Source: Clostridia bacterium (GTDB lineage Bacteria > Bacillota > Clostridia > TANB77 > CAG-508). From it: a stretch of DNA of 64,000 nt. The notes under the pieces are model-generated. The model saw only the letters and a list, made by a program, of their open reading frames with translations. It was not told where the DNA came from and searched no databases. The stretch covers positions 52,561-116,560 of the forward strand of contig JAFTFU010000004.1 in assembly GCA_017458285.1 (NCBI GenBank), written 5' to 3'. Positions within the stretch are counted from its first letter, which is position 1, and each line of letters opens with the position of its first letter. The translations under genes were made by a program, and so were the position numbers. This document shows, piece after piece, positions 12,836 to 25,354 of the stretch.

Positions 12836-13118
12836 TTGTTTTTCTTACCTCTAATTTAATATTTTGATTTGCATGTAATGCTTTAGATTCAGCCCAAAAA
12901 TCTTTTATTACTTTATCTAAAACCATTTCTGAGCCTGTTAATTCTACTGCTTCAGCTTGATTAGTTAAAGCACCAACTGCAAGGAACTAACCAAGAGTAT
13001 TTAAATTGCAATCTTCTGTTAATTTTCTAACTTGTTGACCTAATTCAGCTGTAGTATCAATTAAAATAATTTCTTGCTAAACTGTAAATAAGTTAGGTTT
13101 ACAAAATAATTTAACCAA
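12828..13118 (-). CDS. hypothetical protein (start uncertain, TTG proposed)
   Basis: Open frame with 2 sense TAG, ending at TAA 12828-12830. No ATG is available; TTG 13116-13118 overlaps the upstream stop. Confidence 0.35.
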
Positions 13119-13641
13119 ATGGCACCACTCCTCCATCATAAGGGAAAAGCATGTAACAATAAACTTCATTATCATCTTTATTTCTAAACCAAATTTCAAT
13201 ATGATCTTCACAAACATCATGACTTACTATTGGTCCAATAGCTAAAGAAACAGCCAATAGCGCGGAACCTAAATCTTTTAAATCATTAATTTCATTTTGA
13301 TTATTTACAAAGACAGTATAATAGGAAGTTTCTACGCTTAACAACATATAATATTTATTATGAATTTTTTCATGATATTGATTAAATTCATTTATAAATT
13401 CTTTCATTTGACTGGTTTCATAATTAGGTAATTGCCGAATAATACTACGATTTAATTCATAAAGACTAATTTCAGGACCTTTTCCCTTAGCTGTTGGTAA
13501 ATAAGGTATCCATCTTCCATCTTTAAATTCAAATGCTTCATGAGTTTCTTCAACAATGCAAATATCCCCATCATTAGCGTGATTAGCCAAAAGTAAAGAA
13601 TTGTTTAAATCTTCAGCTCTCGCTACTCTTTTTAATTTCAT
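13111..13641 (-). CDS. hypothetical protein
   Basis: Intact 176-aa ORF. Confidence 0.8.
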   Translation of the reverse strand: MKLKRVARAEDLNNSLLLANHANDGDICIVEETHEAFEFKDGRWIPYLPTAKGKGPEISLYELNRSIIRQLPNYETSQMKEFINEFNQYHEKIHNKYYMLLSVETSYYTVFVNNQNEINDLKDLGSALLAVSLAIGPIVSHDVCEDHIEIWFRNKDDNEVYCYMLFPYDGGVVPFG

Positions 13642-14125
13642 TCTGCATAAACTCTCTTATATTTATTATTCTTTGATTTTTAGAACCTCTCATTGCTAAA
13701 GTAATATCACGTTCAGCGGCAATAAAAGGTCCATCAATCAAGTAATCTGATAATTCTAAAATATGTTTTAAATGAGGTTTATTCTATTGAAATAAATTTT
13801 CTGCTAAATAACCAGTCCAAACATAAATTAAAATATCAGGATAATGTTCTCTAACACTTGTTATTACTAAATCAGTTAAAAATAAATTTTCATCACATAA
13901 AGGTTCTCCACCCATTACGCTAAAATTGCGCTAAACATCATTAGCATTTAAACCTTGAAGAATCTCTTTCAAAGTATCATTAGTAAATTCTTTACCACCA
14001 TTAAAATCCCAAGCCTCCGGATTATGACAATCCTTACAATGAATTGGACAACCTTGAGTAAAAAAGGTTAGGTTTACTTTTTTACCTGCGGCGATATCAT
14101 TTTTTATAAGACCTGCGTAACGCAT
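13613..14125 (-). CDS. nrdG: anaerobic ribonucleotide reductase activating protein (radical SAM)
   Basis: MRYAGLIKNDIAAG..GCPIHCKDCHNPE cluster. Continues through 2 sense TAG to TGA 13613-13615. Directly downstream of nrdD. Confidence 0.85.
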
Positions 14126-15126
14126 TACTCCATCACTCCTACGTGTTTCACGCGGTGGTGAACTTCATCTTGTTTACCTAAATTAAAAGCGGTTTTATAA
14201 TTGCCAGTTAAATAACCAGTTACTCTACGTAATTGCTGAATATTCTCACTACCGCAAATAGGGCAAGCATCATTTATCTCACCTTGGAAACCGCAGTCTA
14301 AACAAGTATCGCTTGGGACATTAATAGCAAAATATGGAATATCTTTATCCATAGCATAATTTACAATTTGTTCTAATGCTTCTGGATTATGAACTGCTGA
14401 AGCATCTAATTCAACATAAGTAATACATCCGGCTTGAGAATATCCTGTTAATTGACTTTCAATATCAATTTTTTCAAAAGGACTTAATTCATGCCAAACA
14501 GGAACATGCATACTATTTGTAAAGAATTCTTTATCTGATACAAGTGGAATTTCGCCATATTTTTCTTTAAACTTTTTCATGGCTGTATAACAAAGATTTT
14601 CAGCAGGAGAATAATAAACTCCAAAATTAAGTTTATATTCTTGTTTAAATTCTTTGCAACGAGTATTAAATAATTTTTCAATACGTTTAGCTAATTCCAT
14701 ACCCTCTGGAGTTGTATGGTCTTTACCAATAAGAATCTATAAACATTCTGCCAAACCTAATTGTCCAAGGCTTAATGTTCCATGCTTAAGCGCACTAATA
14801 ATTCCTTCTTCTGGCTTATATCCAAGCATTAAACCATTTTCATACATAAATTTTGCAGAAGCAGGACTTTGTGAAGCAATATAATTAAAACGTTCAATTA
14901 ACATATCTTTAGCTTCATGAATTTTTTCATCTAGTAAATTCATAAAGTTATCAATATAATCTCTTTCATCTATTCCAGTATCAGAACGTAAATTAACTTC
15001 TTCTTTTGCCATCATAGCTAATTCTGGTAAAATAATAGTTACAGGACAAATATTACCGCGACCATCTTTAGTTTGTGGATTTGTCCCTGATTCCGCATTA
15101 ATGTCAATTCCATTTGCGGTTCTGCA
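14125..15126 (-). CDS. nrdD: anaerobic ribonucleotide reductase NrdD, exon 2
   Basis: Begins CRTANGIDINAESG..GRGNICPVTIILPELA and ends with the glycyl-radical motif RRVTGYL. One sense TAG. 334 codons in phase with exon 1. Confidence 0.85.
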
Positions 15127-16017
15127 CGTTTTTATCTGATGTTACCATCAGCACTGACTATATCTTCTATCTTACGATAGCCTTCCGCTTCGAGTATGTG
15201 CCTATCTCATACCCTACTCCCTTACATTCATCAGGGATAGTCGATACACTTTATTTTAGATATATTCGTTTTCTTCATATGCAATTTGCCATTCATCTTT
15301 ATAGAGCTTTTTTATTCGACCTAAACAACGACGAGAAATAAACTAATGATTACTTTCTTTAAAGAAATCTTGCATTTGTTTTTGAGTATCAAAATGATAT
15401 TCTTCTTTTGTATTTATATTTCTACATTTTACTTTTGTAGAATGTGGATTTTTATTTCCCATTTTACTTTGTCGCAATTTTTCTTTAATTATTTTCATTT
15501 CTTCATCTGTTTTATTTTTGTAAGTATTTCCGCCACATTTATACTCGGCATTAGTTTCATTATAGCCATTTTTAACACTATTATACCAAGCTATCCAATA
15601 ATGTTCTTTTGCGGTTAATTCTCGCTAAGAAGTAGCTGTATCTAATAGTTCTAATTTAAAATTATCTGGGCCATAATATCTAATTGCTCGTGCAAAATGA
15701 GTGTCTAATATATTATTTAAAGCATCATTCTTATGACGCTTCCATCGTTCTTCAATGGGACGAATACTCTATCCTATATATACCTTATTATTTTTTATAT
15801 TTGTGATTTTATAAACGAACATATTAACATTCTCCTTTTATATTATTATCGTTCATTTTATTTAAAAAATGTTCGACACAATTTAAGGAAAAATGTCCTA
15901 AAATCTTAGCACGGTCTCATCCACTTGGGACCTAACCGTTAGCATACGGACCACCTGCGGCCGCACACACCCTCGGGCGAGGTTCAAAAGGTTTTACATG
16001 AGCTGTAGTTTCCGCTT
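15127..16017 (-). mobile_element. group I intron (T4 td-like, IA2-type) in nrdD
   Basis: The 5' exon ..CAUGGGU pairs with the intron guide GCUCAUG (7 bp, U.G at the splice site). Core elements GCUAACGGU and GAUAUAGUCAGUGC are present. The intron ends ..GAUAAAAACG. An in-frame TAA lies 7 codons into the intron. Confidence 0.8.
15256..15822 (-). CDS. intron-encoded GIY-YIG homing endonuclease
   Basis: MFVYKITNIKNNKVYIG(TAG)S; 189 codons, 3 sense TAG, TAA 15256-15258. Confidence 0.8.
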
Positions 16018-17280
16018 ACCCATGGTTGAGAAGTAAGTCTTGGGGTCATTAATATCATACCCCGCATTACCAGACCAATCAATATTAGCATAATTAGGAT
16101 AAAGACGTTTTGCTGTAGATTTTAATGCTAATTGATATAAATCATAATTAGGGTCACCGGGTTCTCTGTTAATACCTTTCATACATTGGAAAATTCCACA
16201 TGGAAATATTGAAGTTTTATGAAGTTTACCAAGGCCTTCAATAGATACTTCTAATAGAGCTTTAGTTACCATACGACCTTCGGGTAAGGTACAGGTTCCA
16301 TAATTAATAGAGGTAAAAGGTAATTGATTACCACTGCGAGATTGCAAAGTATTAAGATTATGATACATACCTTCCACAGCTTGATGGACTTCTTTTTCTG
16401 TCATATCCATAGCATATTGATAAGCAGCTTTATGTGATTCATCATTAGCTTCAATATCATCAAAAGATAATTCTTTAGGAATAGAATCTAAATAATCTTG
16501 ATCTGTAACCCCTTCAAGATATTTTAATCCATCAATCATATGTTTACGAAAACTTTTACGAACATATGGAACCATAGTCCAATCTAAATGTGTTGCAGAT
16601 ACACCACCAAACTATTGAAGGCTTTGTAACTGGAAAATAACTGCTACTAATTGAAATGCAGTATTTACAGAACCAGCAGGACGTACATCAGTTTGACGAG
16701 TATTAAATCCATTAGCAAGTAAATCATCAAAAGGAATAGATAAACAATTATGATTTCCTACATAATAATTATCAAGGTCATGAATATAAATCATATTACC
16801 TTCATGATTTTCTCTAGCTTTTTTAGAAATTAAATAATCTAATGCTAATTTTTTAGTAACAACTGCTGCAGCTTCTCCTGTGCGTCCGCCAAAAGAATGT
16901 TCATCTACATTAGCATTTTGATTTTGAACATCAGTAGCTTCCAGCTTTTCACGAATAGCATCAATAAAATCATGCTAGTAATTACGAGCCACTTCTTTTT
17001 TATATCTATATCTTATATAAGCTCTTGCAACATCAGGGCGCTCAGAACGCATAAGATATTCTTCAACTAAATCTTGAATTTCTTCTACGGAACAACTATT
17101 TCCATCTTGATATTTAAAACAATCTTCAATATCATAAGCAATATCATATGCAGTATCATCTTCATAGAGTTTTCCATCTACTTCAATAAATGCTGCATTT
17201 ATTGCATCTATAATTTTTTGTTTATTAAAATCGACGATATCACCATTTCGTTTAATTACAAGCAATATTATCTCCTCCAT
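16018..17280 (-). CDS. nrdD: anaerobic ribonucleotide reductase NrdD, exon 1 (ATP-cone plus N-terminal barrel)
   Basis: Track ORFs 16975, 16612 and 15994 join in frame through 2 sense TAG. The exon ends ..YFSTMG at a U. 421 codons. Confidence 0.85.
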
Positions 17281-17340
17281 CTAAATATTGACTCAAAAAA
17301 GAGTATTCTACTATATTTAGTTTTTTAGATATATTAATTA

Positions 17341-17940
17341 TTACATGTTGTCCTTAGACTGCTCATAATGTTCAAGTTTTTTAAGTGTTTTAAAATGTTC
17401 TAATTCTCTTTTAATAATTTGTTCACTTTTATATAAATCTCTAGTATTATTATTCACTAAAATGTAATAATCGAAATCTATATATTTAAAATCTTTTAAA
17501 TCTGAATCATATCTTCGTAAAATTTCTTTTATATCAGGATACTTTTCTCTTTGTAAGCTACGAATTAATCTTTCTTTATCATCGCATCTAACATATACTA
17601 TTTGAGTATTTAAATTAGGATTTTTAAGTAAAGTTCTGGCTGCGGCAGGATTAGCACTTAAAACATTAATTTGAGAATAAACCAAATCTTCATATCGAGT
17701 GCCATAATACCATCCATTAAAATTTTGCCATTCGGCAAGTTTTCCACTATCTATTTCTTGAAGAAATTCTTCTCTAGAAACAAAATGATAAGGATGACCT
17801 TCTTTTTCTCCTGTTCGTTGAGGGCGAGAAGAAACTTGAGGAACTACATGAAAATCATTAGGGTATAACATTAATAAATGGTCAATAATAAAATTTTTAC
17901 CAGAACCGCTTTCACCAATAAAAACAATTAAATCTTTCAT
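17341..17940 (-). CDS. guanylate kinase-like nucleotide monophosphate kinase
   Basis: P-loop GESGSGKN and a SRPQRTGEKEGHPYHFVS guanylate-kinase signature-like segment. Confidence 0.7.
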   Translation of the reverse strand: MKDLIVFIGESGSGKNFIIDHLLMLYPNDFHVVPQVSSRPQRTGEKEGHPYHFVSREEFLQEIDSGKLAEWQNFNGWYYGTRYEDLVYSQINVLSANPAAARTLLKNPNLNTQIVYVRCDDKERLIRSLQREKYPDIKEILRRYDSDLKDFKYIDFDYYILVNNNTRDLYKSEQIIKRELEHFKTLKKLEHYEQSKDNM

Positions 17941-19318
17941 TCAATACTTTCTCCTTTATACCTTTCTGTTTGTAAAGTTAAATCTCCATCTTTATCAATA
18001 TCTATAATATGATATAATTGATGTCCCCCAGAAGTAGCATATTTTTTAGTAATAAAAGTATCTCCTGAACGAATGCCTTGCACCATTATCATACTACCCC
18101 TATTAAACCAGCTTAATTCTTGACGATGCTTTATACCATCTTCTCCTATTTCAGAAATAGTTTTATCAAATAAAGCAAAATACTCTTTTCTAAATTTAAC
18201 ATTTACTACTCCATCAGTAGTTAAAATGGTGGCAATTCCTTTAGTTTTATTTTTAGCAATACAAGTGCCGCAAATTTTAAAGAGTTTAAACATATTTATA
18301 GTTTTTTTACCTTTTGTAAAACTCTTATCTATAATTGGCTCTTCTGGTAATGAATAAAAATTGCTTAATCCATATTTACCCATATTTACAGTAGATAATT
18401 CATGAGGGTGATGATAAAAACAAAGAACTTCCATTTCCCAAGAAGAATAATTTCCAGAAGCATATTTATTCCAATCTAATTTAAAGATTTGATCATTTAA
18501 TTGCTGAAGAACTTCATTACCAGATTCTTTTAACCAATCTCTAAAAATATCCATTACAGATTGATAATACTTATCCCAAACCTTCGCTATTAAAATATTA
18601 TTTTCTGAAATTATATCATCTTTATCAATTTTAGTTAAAAAATCTACTGCACGAGTATCTAATTGATAATAGCCTGGTAATTTATCATTTTTACAAACTG
18701 CCTTTAAATATCTATTAAATTCATAAACACTAAAAGCAAATTGTCTTTCTTCTGTGTCTCTTGGAATTAAATTCATTTTATTTAATGTTGGCATATTTTG
18801 AAGTGTTAAACGAGATTTTTTATCACAGGTTTGCCAAATAAACCACGCCATTGCTAATTTTCTATCCATCATTTTATCAAAAGCTCCTGCTTTAATTAAT
18901 GATACCATAGATTGCTTTTTTGGGCTAATTTTTTGATAAAAATCTTTAATAGATATGTATGGTCTATTTGCAATAATTTCACGAACTAAATCATCATTGA
19001 CGTTTAACAATGCTTTCATTCCAAATAGAATTTGATGATTTTTTACATCTGGTTTAAATCCAAAATCAGATTGATTAATATCAACTAAGCTTACATTAAT
19101 ACCAGCATTAATAATTTCATTTAACGCTTTTGCGATTTTACCATAATCAGTGCTTACAGTTTTATCATCTTCAATATCACTATTTTCATCTTCTAATGAA
19201 CCACTGTTTACAACTAAGCAAGCAGTATCCCAATAAATTGGGTCAAAAGAAGTTGCAAGATATAAAGTTTGAACACCTACAAAACTATATGCTAAACTAT
19301 GAATTGTTGAAAAACTAT
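17937..19318 (-). CDS. dnaE: DNA polymerase III alpha (DnaE-like), exon 3
   Basis: The first 2 nt complete codon TAT, giving ..PQMG-Y-SFSTIHSLAYSFVGVQTLYLA (the G-Y-x-F-x-K-S-H-x-x-A-Y region of DnaE). TGA at 17937-17939. Confidence 0.8.
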
Positions 19319-20462
19319 CTGTAATATGTCTTTATATTTCTATAAAGCATAGACTATATTTTACTGTATACAAATACAGAACACCGTTTCCCAATGCGTA
19401 TCAATAACATCAGTACTCTCTGTCTCACCAGAGATAGTCGTTACAGGTTTCTTAAAGGATATTGATAATTGTTATTATGAAAGCACATACCATTATTAAT
19501 TCTACGAATTGTCTCTTTGGATGCTGTGGTTGCTTCTGAAATTTCTTTATATGTTAAATTAGTATTTAAAAGCAGTTCTTGGACTTGAATTGCCCTCTGT
19601 TCGTTTGCACTAATTTTTCTAATGGGGTATGAAGGATATAATCCTTTTCTTAACGTACCAGCATTAATTTTTTTAACTGTTGAATATCCCATATTTAGTT
19701 GTTTAGAAATTTCATTTAAAGATAAAGTAGAATTTAATAATAGGTCAATAAGTTCATCATAATCTTCGTCAGATTTATAATATTTACAAAGAGGATATTG
19801 TTCTTTATCATCAAAAAAATAAGTTCCTGTATTAATACTTGAAATAAAACTTGCGCTTACCCTATATTTATTTTCTATTTCATAATATGGAATTTTATCT
19901 TTTAATAGTTGTTTAATATCTTGAACCTCTTCATTAGATAATATTAAAGAATGTTTACGGGAACCACCATAATCCCTATTATATCCTTGACCGTTGCCGC
20001 AAAATGTATTTAATTCTTTTATCCAATATTGCTCTCTTTTATTAACTTCTTCCTAATTTAATGTATATAAAATTTCTAATACTTCAATATCAAAATTTTC
20101 TATACCATATTGTCTAATTTTTTTATGAATTAAATCATTATAAGAAGAAGCCTTGCTATTAAAAGCGCAAGATTTATGCTCTCTTATCCTTCTTTGTAAA
20201 TTATTTGTCTATCCAACATATTTGTGTTGATTAATTTTATTTGTATAGCAATAAATATAATTCATTTTTATTCTCCTTTATATAAACTATTGCCATACAT
20301 CCTTTAAGACTTCCCACGGGATTATCATGGCAACAGCTGGGATACATTTTATATCCTCGCTGATACTTTAGATTTCCCCGTTAGCATTTAATAACTTTTG
20401 TCCCAAAGTATTAAATACCCCGCTGATAAACGGAAAGATGTTTAGGGGCAAGTTTTCCATTC
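19319..20462 (-). mobile_element. group I intron 2 in Pol III alpha
   Basis: The exon ..AUGGGGU pairs with intron GCCCC. The T of the apparent TGA stop is the last exon nucleotide. Core elements UGCUAACGGGGAAAUCU and CCCGUGGGAA are present, and the 3' end is ..AUUACAG. Phases add up: 1228 + 1382 = 870 codons. Confidence 0.8.
19441..20265 (-). CDS. intron-encoded GIY-YIG homing endonuclease with C-terminal HTH
   Basis: MNYIYCYTNKINQHKYVG(TAG)T; 275 codons; RBS AAAGGAGAA. Confidence 0.8.
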
Positions 20463-21690
20463 ACCCCATCTGAGGACCTGCGCCATATTTCCAAACATAT
20501 GCACCTAATTGAGGACTTTTTGCTTGTTCAAGAACCTTTTGATGTAATGCAGGAATTTTATCCATTTGTTTTTTACCCACTACTTTACGAGCAGAATTTG
20601 CTTCTGCTAATGTAAATCCGCAAATATCTTTATCCATTAACATTAACATCAATTGTTCTTGGCTTGGTGGCACGCCATATGATGATTTAAAATAAGGTTC
20701 TAAGGTTTTTTGTTCATTAGGAGTTAATCCCCAACGATTCATTTCATCATACCATAATTGAATATTATTTTTAAATTTAAAATATTTATCAATAGGACGC
20801 TCTTCTTCTTCTCCCATAAGGCGCAACAATCCATTTGCGTCACTCATTTCTGTGATTGAACGAGGCCGCAAACGTTTAGCCGCTTTAACGCCTTCTTGAG
20901 AATCAAATTGAAAAATATTTATAACTGAAACATTATCAAGCGCATCCCAAATTCTTTCATCATTTTTTGGTAAAACATTAGGATGAAGATATTTATCATA
21001 AACTTCTTTTAAAGATAATTCCGGTTCAATTTGACCATCTTGCTGTAAAAATTGAATAGTTTGGACAATTTTATCTTGAACTTCTGTTACTAAGAAATCA
21101 TATTTAACATTACCCATATATTCAATATCGTGAAGATTCCATTGAGTAATAATTTCGCCTTTTGGAGTTTTCATAAAAGCGCAATGTTCAAATGGATCAT
21201 CACTAAATAAAACAATTCCAGAAGCATGAGAAGAACGCTTATTATGAATACCTTCAATAGCTATAATAATTTCAGCTAAGCCTGGATAATTGTTTACTTC
21301 ACGAACGAATGAAGCTACTGGTTTTCTTCCTTTTTCAGGATTACCAAATAACACATCTTTTACAGGCCATAAAAATCCTCGTTCTTCTGGTACTAAAGAA
21401 GCCATATATTGAGCTTGATCTACATCAATACCGTCTTTATAAATTTCTGCTACTTCTTCGTGCCCACTTGGAGTAATTTTATTTATATATCCAGCTCCAG
21501 GACCTCTATAACCCCTACAAGCTGTTAAAATTGCTGATTTAGTAGTTTCAGTTCCAAAAGTAGCAATTCGTGTACATCCAAAGATTTTTGCCCATTCTGG
21601 AACATCATCATTAAAAGTAGCACTTCTTTCTTGAGCAATTTTATTAATAATGGTTTTAATTTTAGAAGGACAAACATCTATATCAATATC
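20463..21690 (-). CDS. dnaE: DNA polymerase III alpha, exon 2
   Basis: Begins DIDIDVCPSKIK.. (catalytic Asp motif). No TAG. Confidence 0.8.
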
Positions 21691-22707
21691 CGTTATTTAT
21701 TGGACTATATCTTCTATAACTAATTGTTATAGGACTGCGCTACGGAATAGTGCCTATCTCTATTCCTCTTGAAATTATATTTCATTTAGTCTCTACACTC
21801 CAATAAAATCCTTTATATAAAGTTTTATTTTTTATTGCTTTATTTAAGCCAGAATGTCCAGTTAGTTGTAAATAATCTAATACAGCGGTTTTGGCATTAA
21901 AAACTCTTAATAAATTCCAATCTTTATCATACATATAGACTTTTTTACCGTTTACTGCTTTATCCCCTTTTTTACCATACATACCATTTTTTTCGCCAGA
22001 AACAGCTAAAGACATTTTTTTACGGTATTCTAAAGTTTTCATGTAATCTGTATTACGATTATTTTTAATTTTATTTTTTGTTTCTTCTGTTAAATGAGCT
22101 CCATAACGAGGGTTATTAGGACCAGAATATTTAATACTCATTTTTTCTGAATATAATTTTCTCTATTCTTCAGACCATCCAGCAGTTGTATTACCGCCTT
22201 CTCCACCCTCATGGATATTATAAAAATTTTTATCTTTTACGGCATTAAAAACTTTTATAAATTCTTTTTCTTTCTAATTATTTTCTTGCTCATTAGAAGA
22301 AATAAATAAAATTTCTTTTTTAAAATTTTCTTTACCATATTTATTAATAGCTAATTTAATTAAATTTCCACTACCTAAATAATCATCGTTTAATTCACCA
22401 TGATGTTTTCCTATATATTTTTTTCCATTAATTAAATTAGTAGTTAAATAAATATAATATTTTTTCATATAAATCACCCTTTCATTGCTTTATGAAAAAA
22501 GTGATATTGACATTGACTGACTTTGACCAAGATTTTATTAAAGCACGGTATTATGAGCCTAACCGCTTGCGGCCGCACACTCTCTTAGTCAGCTGATTCG
22601 TGTATTTTTATACCTTATTTTGCTGATACCGTTAGCCTATTAAAATAGACACCCCTTGGCAGGGTTCACAGTCTTTTTTTACAACTCGGCAATATCAATA
22701 TTAGACT
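21691..22707 (-). mobile_element. group I intron 1 in Pol III alpha
   Basis: The exon ..GAACUCGGU pairs with intron GCCGAGUU (8 bp, U.G at the splice site). GGCUAACGGU core and a GCGGCCGC hairpin are present. The intron ends ..AAUAACG. Splicing gives RVELG-DIDIDV, matching the canonical R-V-S-M-P-D-I-D-I-D. Confidence 0.8.
21782..22468 (-). CDS. intron-encoded GIY-YIG homing endonuclease
   Basis: [22 protein letters not shown]. Track ORFs 22274 and 21782 join in frame through 2 sense TAG. RBS AAAGGGTGA. Confidence 0.75.
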
Positions 22708-24084
22708 ACCGAGTTCAACTCTATCTTCATTAAGATATCTAAAGAAAGGCAAATCCCATTCAATAGGATCTAACTGAGTAATACCCATTAAATAATGATT
22801 TAAAGCTGCACAAGAAGAACCTCTACCTGCGCCAATAGTAGAACCGCACTCCCAAATTAAATTAATATAATGTTGAAGAGTATTAGGGTAACGAAACATA
22901 TTTGTTTCAAGCTTTTCACTAATAATACTTTTTACACGAGCCTCTTCTTCTAATTCAGTAAAATATCGTTCAGCTTTTGGAGAATAGCAAATTCCCAATT
23001 CATACATTTTTTCAATACATTGATTTACCCAATAACGATTTTGAATATCATCATCATGTAACATTTGACTTAAATGAGGATATTTAGGATTATCTTCTCC
23101 AACGCCATTAACAGTCATCCAATAAGATTTAGGATATTCTTTTACTTCTACGCTTGGCACATCTTGTTTGTGGAACAAAGAATATCTTGAAATTTTATTA
23201 TAAATTTCTAAAGAATTTTTCATAACTATTGATGCAAATTCTTCATCATTATCAAAAGTAATTGTTAAATTCTTTAATACTTCATCAGGAGACATAAGAT
23301 AAGCATATTTATAAAATAAATCTACTTCTCGTTCTCCTTCTTTAGAATTAAGATATGCTTTATGAACTTGTCTATCTTCTTTTGTTAAATAATGACTATC
23401 TGTTCCAACCGTCATTTTAATATTATATACGTTAGCTATAGAACGAAGAATTTGATTAACTCTAATTTGGTCGTTAGAAGGTGCAGGCGCACATTCAATA
23501 TAAAAATCATCACCAAATAAATTTAAACAAAATTTTAGAAATTCTTCTATTTTTTGATAATAAATAGTTGCATTAGAGATATCATCTACTTCTATGCAAT
23601 CTTTATAAGCTATAGCTAATTGACTTAATTCTCCACCAATACAAGCTGTTGTTGCAATTAGATGACCAGGAAATTTATTTACTACTTCTACTAATTCAGA
23701 TTTTAAAGTAGGAACTCTTTCCATTTTTCTATCTACATAAGAATTCATCCAAGCGCGAGAACTTAATTCTCGTAATGCCCTATGACCAATAGCATCTTTA
23801 GCAATTAAAATAAAATGATAATATTTTTGGCCGTTATCTCTTGTATCAGTTAAATAAATTTCATTACCTAAAGCTAATTTAAAATCTGGATTTCTTTCTT
23901 GTACTTTAAGCATATACTTTTCAGCAGCTATATGAGCAGATAATACTTCATGATCAGTAATGGCTATTCCCATTAATCCCATGTCTATAGCTTTGTCAAT
24001 AAGCTGCTCTGGTGTATTTATACAATCTACCAGCCGCAGATTTGAGTCGGTAGTATGGTTATGATTATTAAAATATGTATTCAT
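22708..24084 (-). CDS. dnaE: DNA polymerase III alpha, exon 1 (PHP domain)
   Basis: NNHNHTTDSNLRLVD..GIAITDHEV PHP motifs. 459 codons, no TAG. Ends at GGU. Confidence 0.85.
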
Positions 24085-24140
24085 TTACTACCCCACTTTT
24101 TTATTTTCTATAATTATTATAACATATATTATTATATGTA

Positions 24141-25354
24141 TCAATTTTTTTGAATCACAACTAATTTTTTTGCAGCGCGTGTAATTCCTGTATATAAATA
24201 TTTTTTTCTTTCTACTTGGCCTCTTGGCCATCCAGATTCTTCACAAAGTAATACTTTATCCCACTCGCTACCTTGAGCTTTCCATACACTAATAGCATAA
24301 CCAAAATTAGCATGTAATGGTAAAGCAAACTTTTTATGTAAACGATATTCTTCTTTTGGATTTAAAGATGGACTTCCTGTTAATAATTCATTATAATCAA
24401 ATGATATCATATCATATTGTTCATCATCATTATCGCCTGAGATAGTAGCTGTTAAAATAGGGACTGAAAAAGAATGCCCACGCACCCAATAAGGATAATT
24501 CCAATTAGAAATTGTCATTTGTTTTATTGTTCCAATTACGCCGTTGGTTAAAGGATTTTGTTGATTTGATAAAATTTCCCATTCATTATGAAGATTAATT
24601 ATTTTATCTCCTACCATAGGCTCATTCGGTAATTCTTGGGCCGCTCTCATTTGATTATTAAGAATTAATTTATTACGAGTTGTAGCACATAAAACTTGAT
24701 CAGCCCATAATAACATAGATGTGGATAAATCAGATTTATGAAACATCATAACTTGTTCATTTTTACAAGGAAAAGTGCTTAATGGATTACCTTGCCGCAC
24801 ATGCATTGATAAACGAATAATTTCACTTTCTTGTGCTTGTCTCATTATTTCATCTAAAAAAATATGAGGACTATCTAAGACATGATTATCAGCATCTTCT
24901 CCTGGCGTATCTGAAATGGGAGATAATTGTTCAGGGTCTCCACAAGCTAAAATATAAAAATTATGTTGACATAATAGATCCCACATTTTCCAAGGTAACA
25001 TACTAACTTCATCTACTACAACTATTTTTATTTCTGATTCCATTTCAAATGGAGCTTTTGGAACAAAAACATAATTACCTGTAGGCATTCTACGTGCATG
25101 ATATAAAAGTTTGTGGGCTGTAGTTGGATTAGGACAATTTTTTTGTTTTAATACATTTGTTGCTTTTCCAGTATAAGCAATATATCTTACTTCATTTTCT
25201 TGTACACCTAAAGCATCAATAATAAAACGAACAAGAGTTGATTTTCCAGTTCCTGCCGTTAAGCGTAGCCAGAGATAATGGTATATTTAAATCCTGCTTG
25301 ATATCTGGCTACTGCAATTTGCAATCCTTGTTCTTGTTTTGTTGTAAGAGTCAA
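24141..25354 (-). CDS. Dda/RecD-like SF1 helicase, interrupted by a -1 frame change at the Walker A motif
   Basis: TTG 25354 after AAAGGAGG gives LTLTTKQEQGLQIAVARYQAGFKYTIISGYA, then TAA at 25259-25261. The -1 frame continues (L)TAGTGKSTLVRF..VVVDEVSML..GDPEQLSPI..VWKAQGSEWDKV to 24141. Confidence 0.7.
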
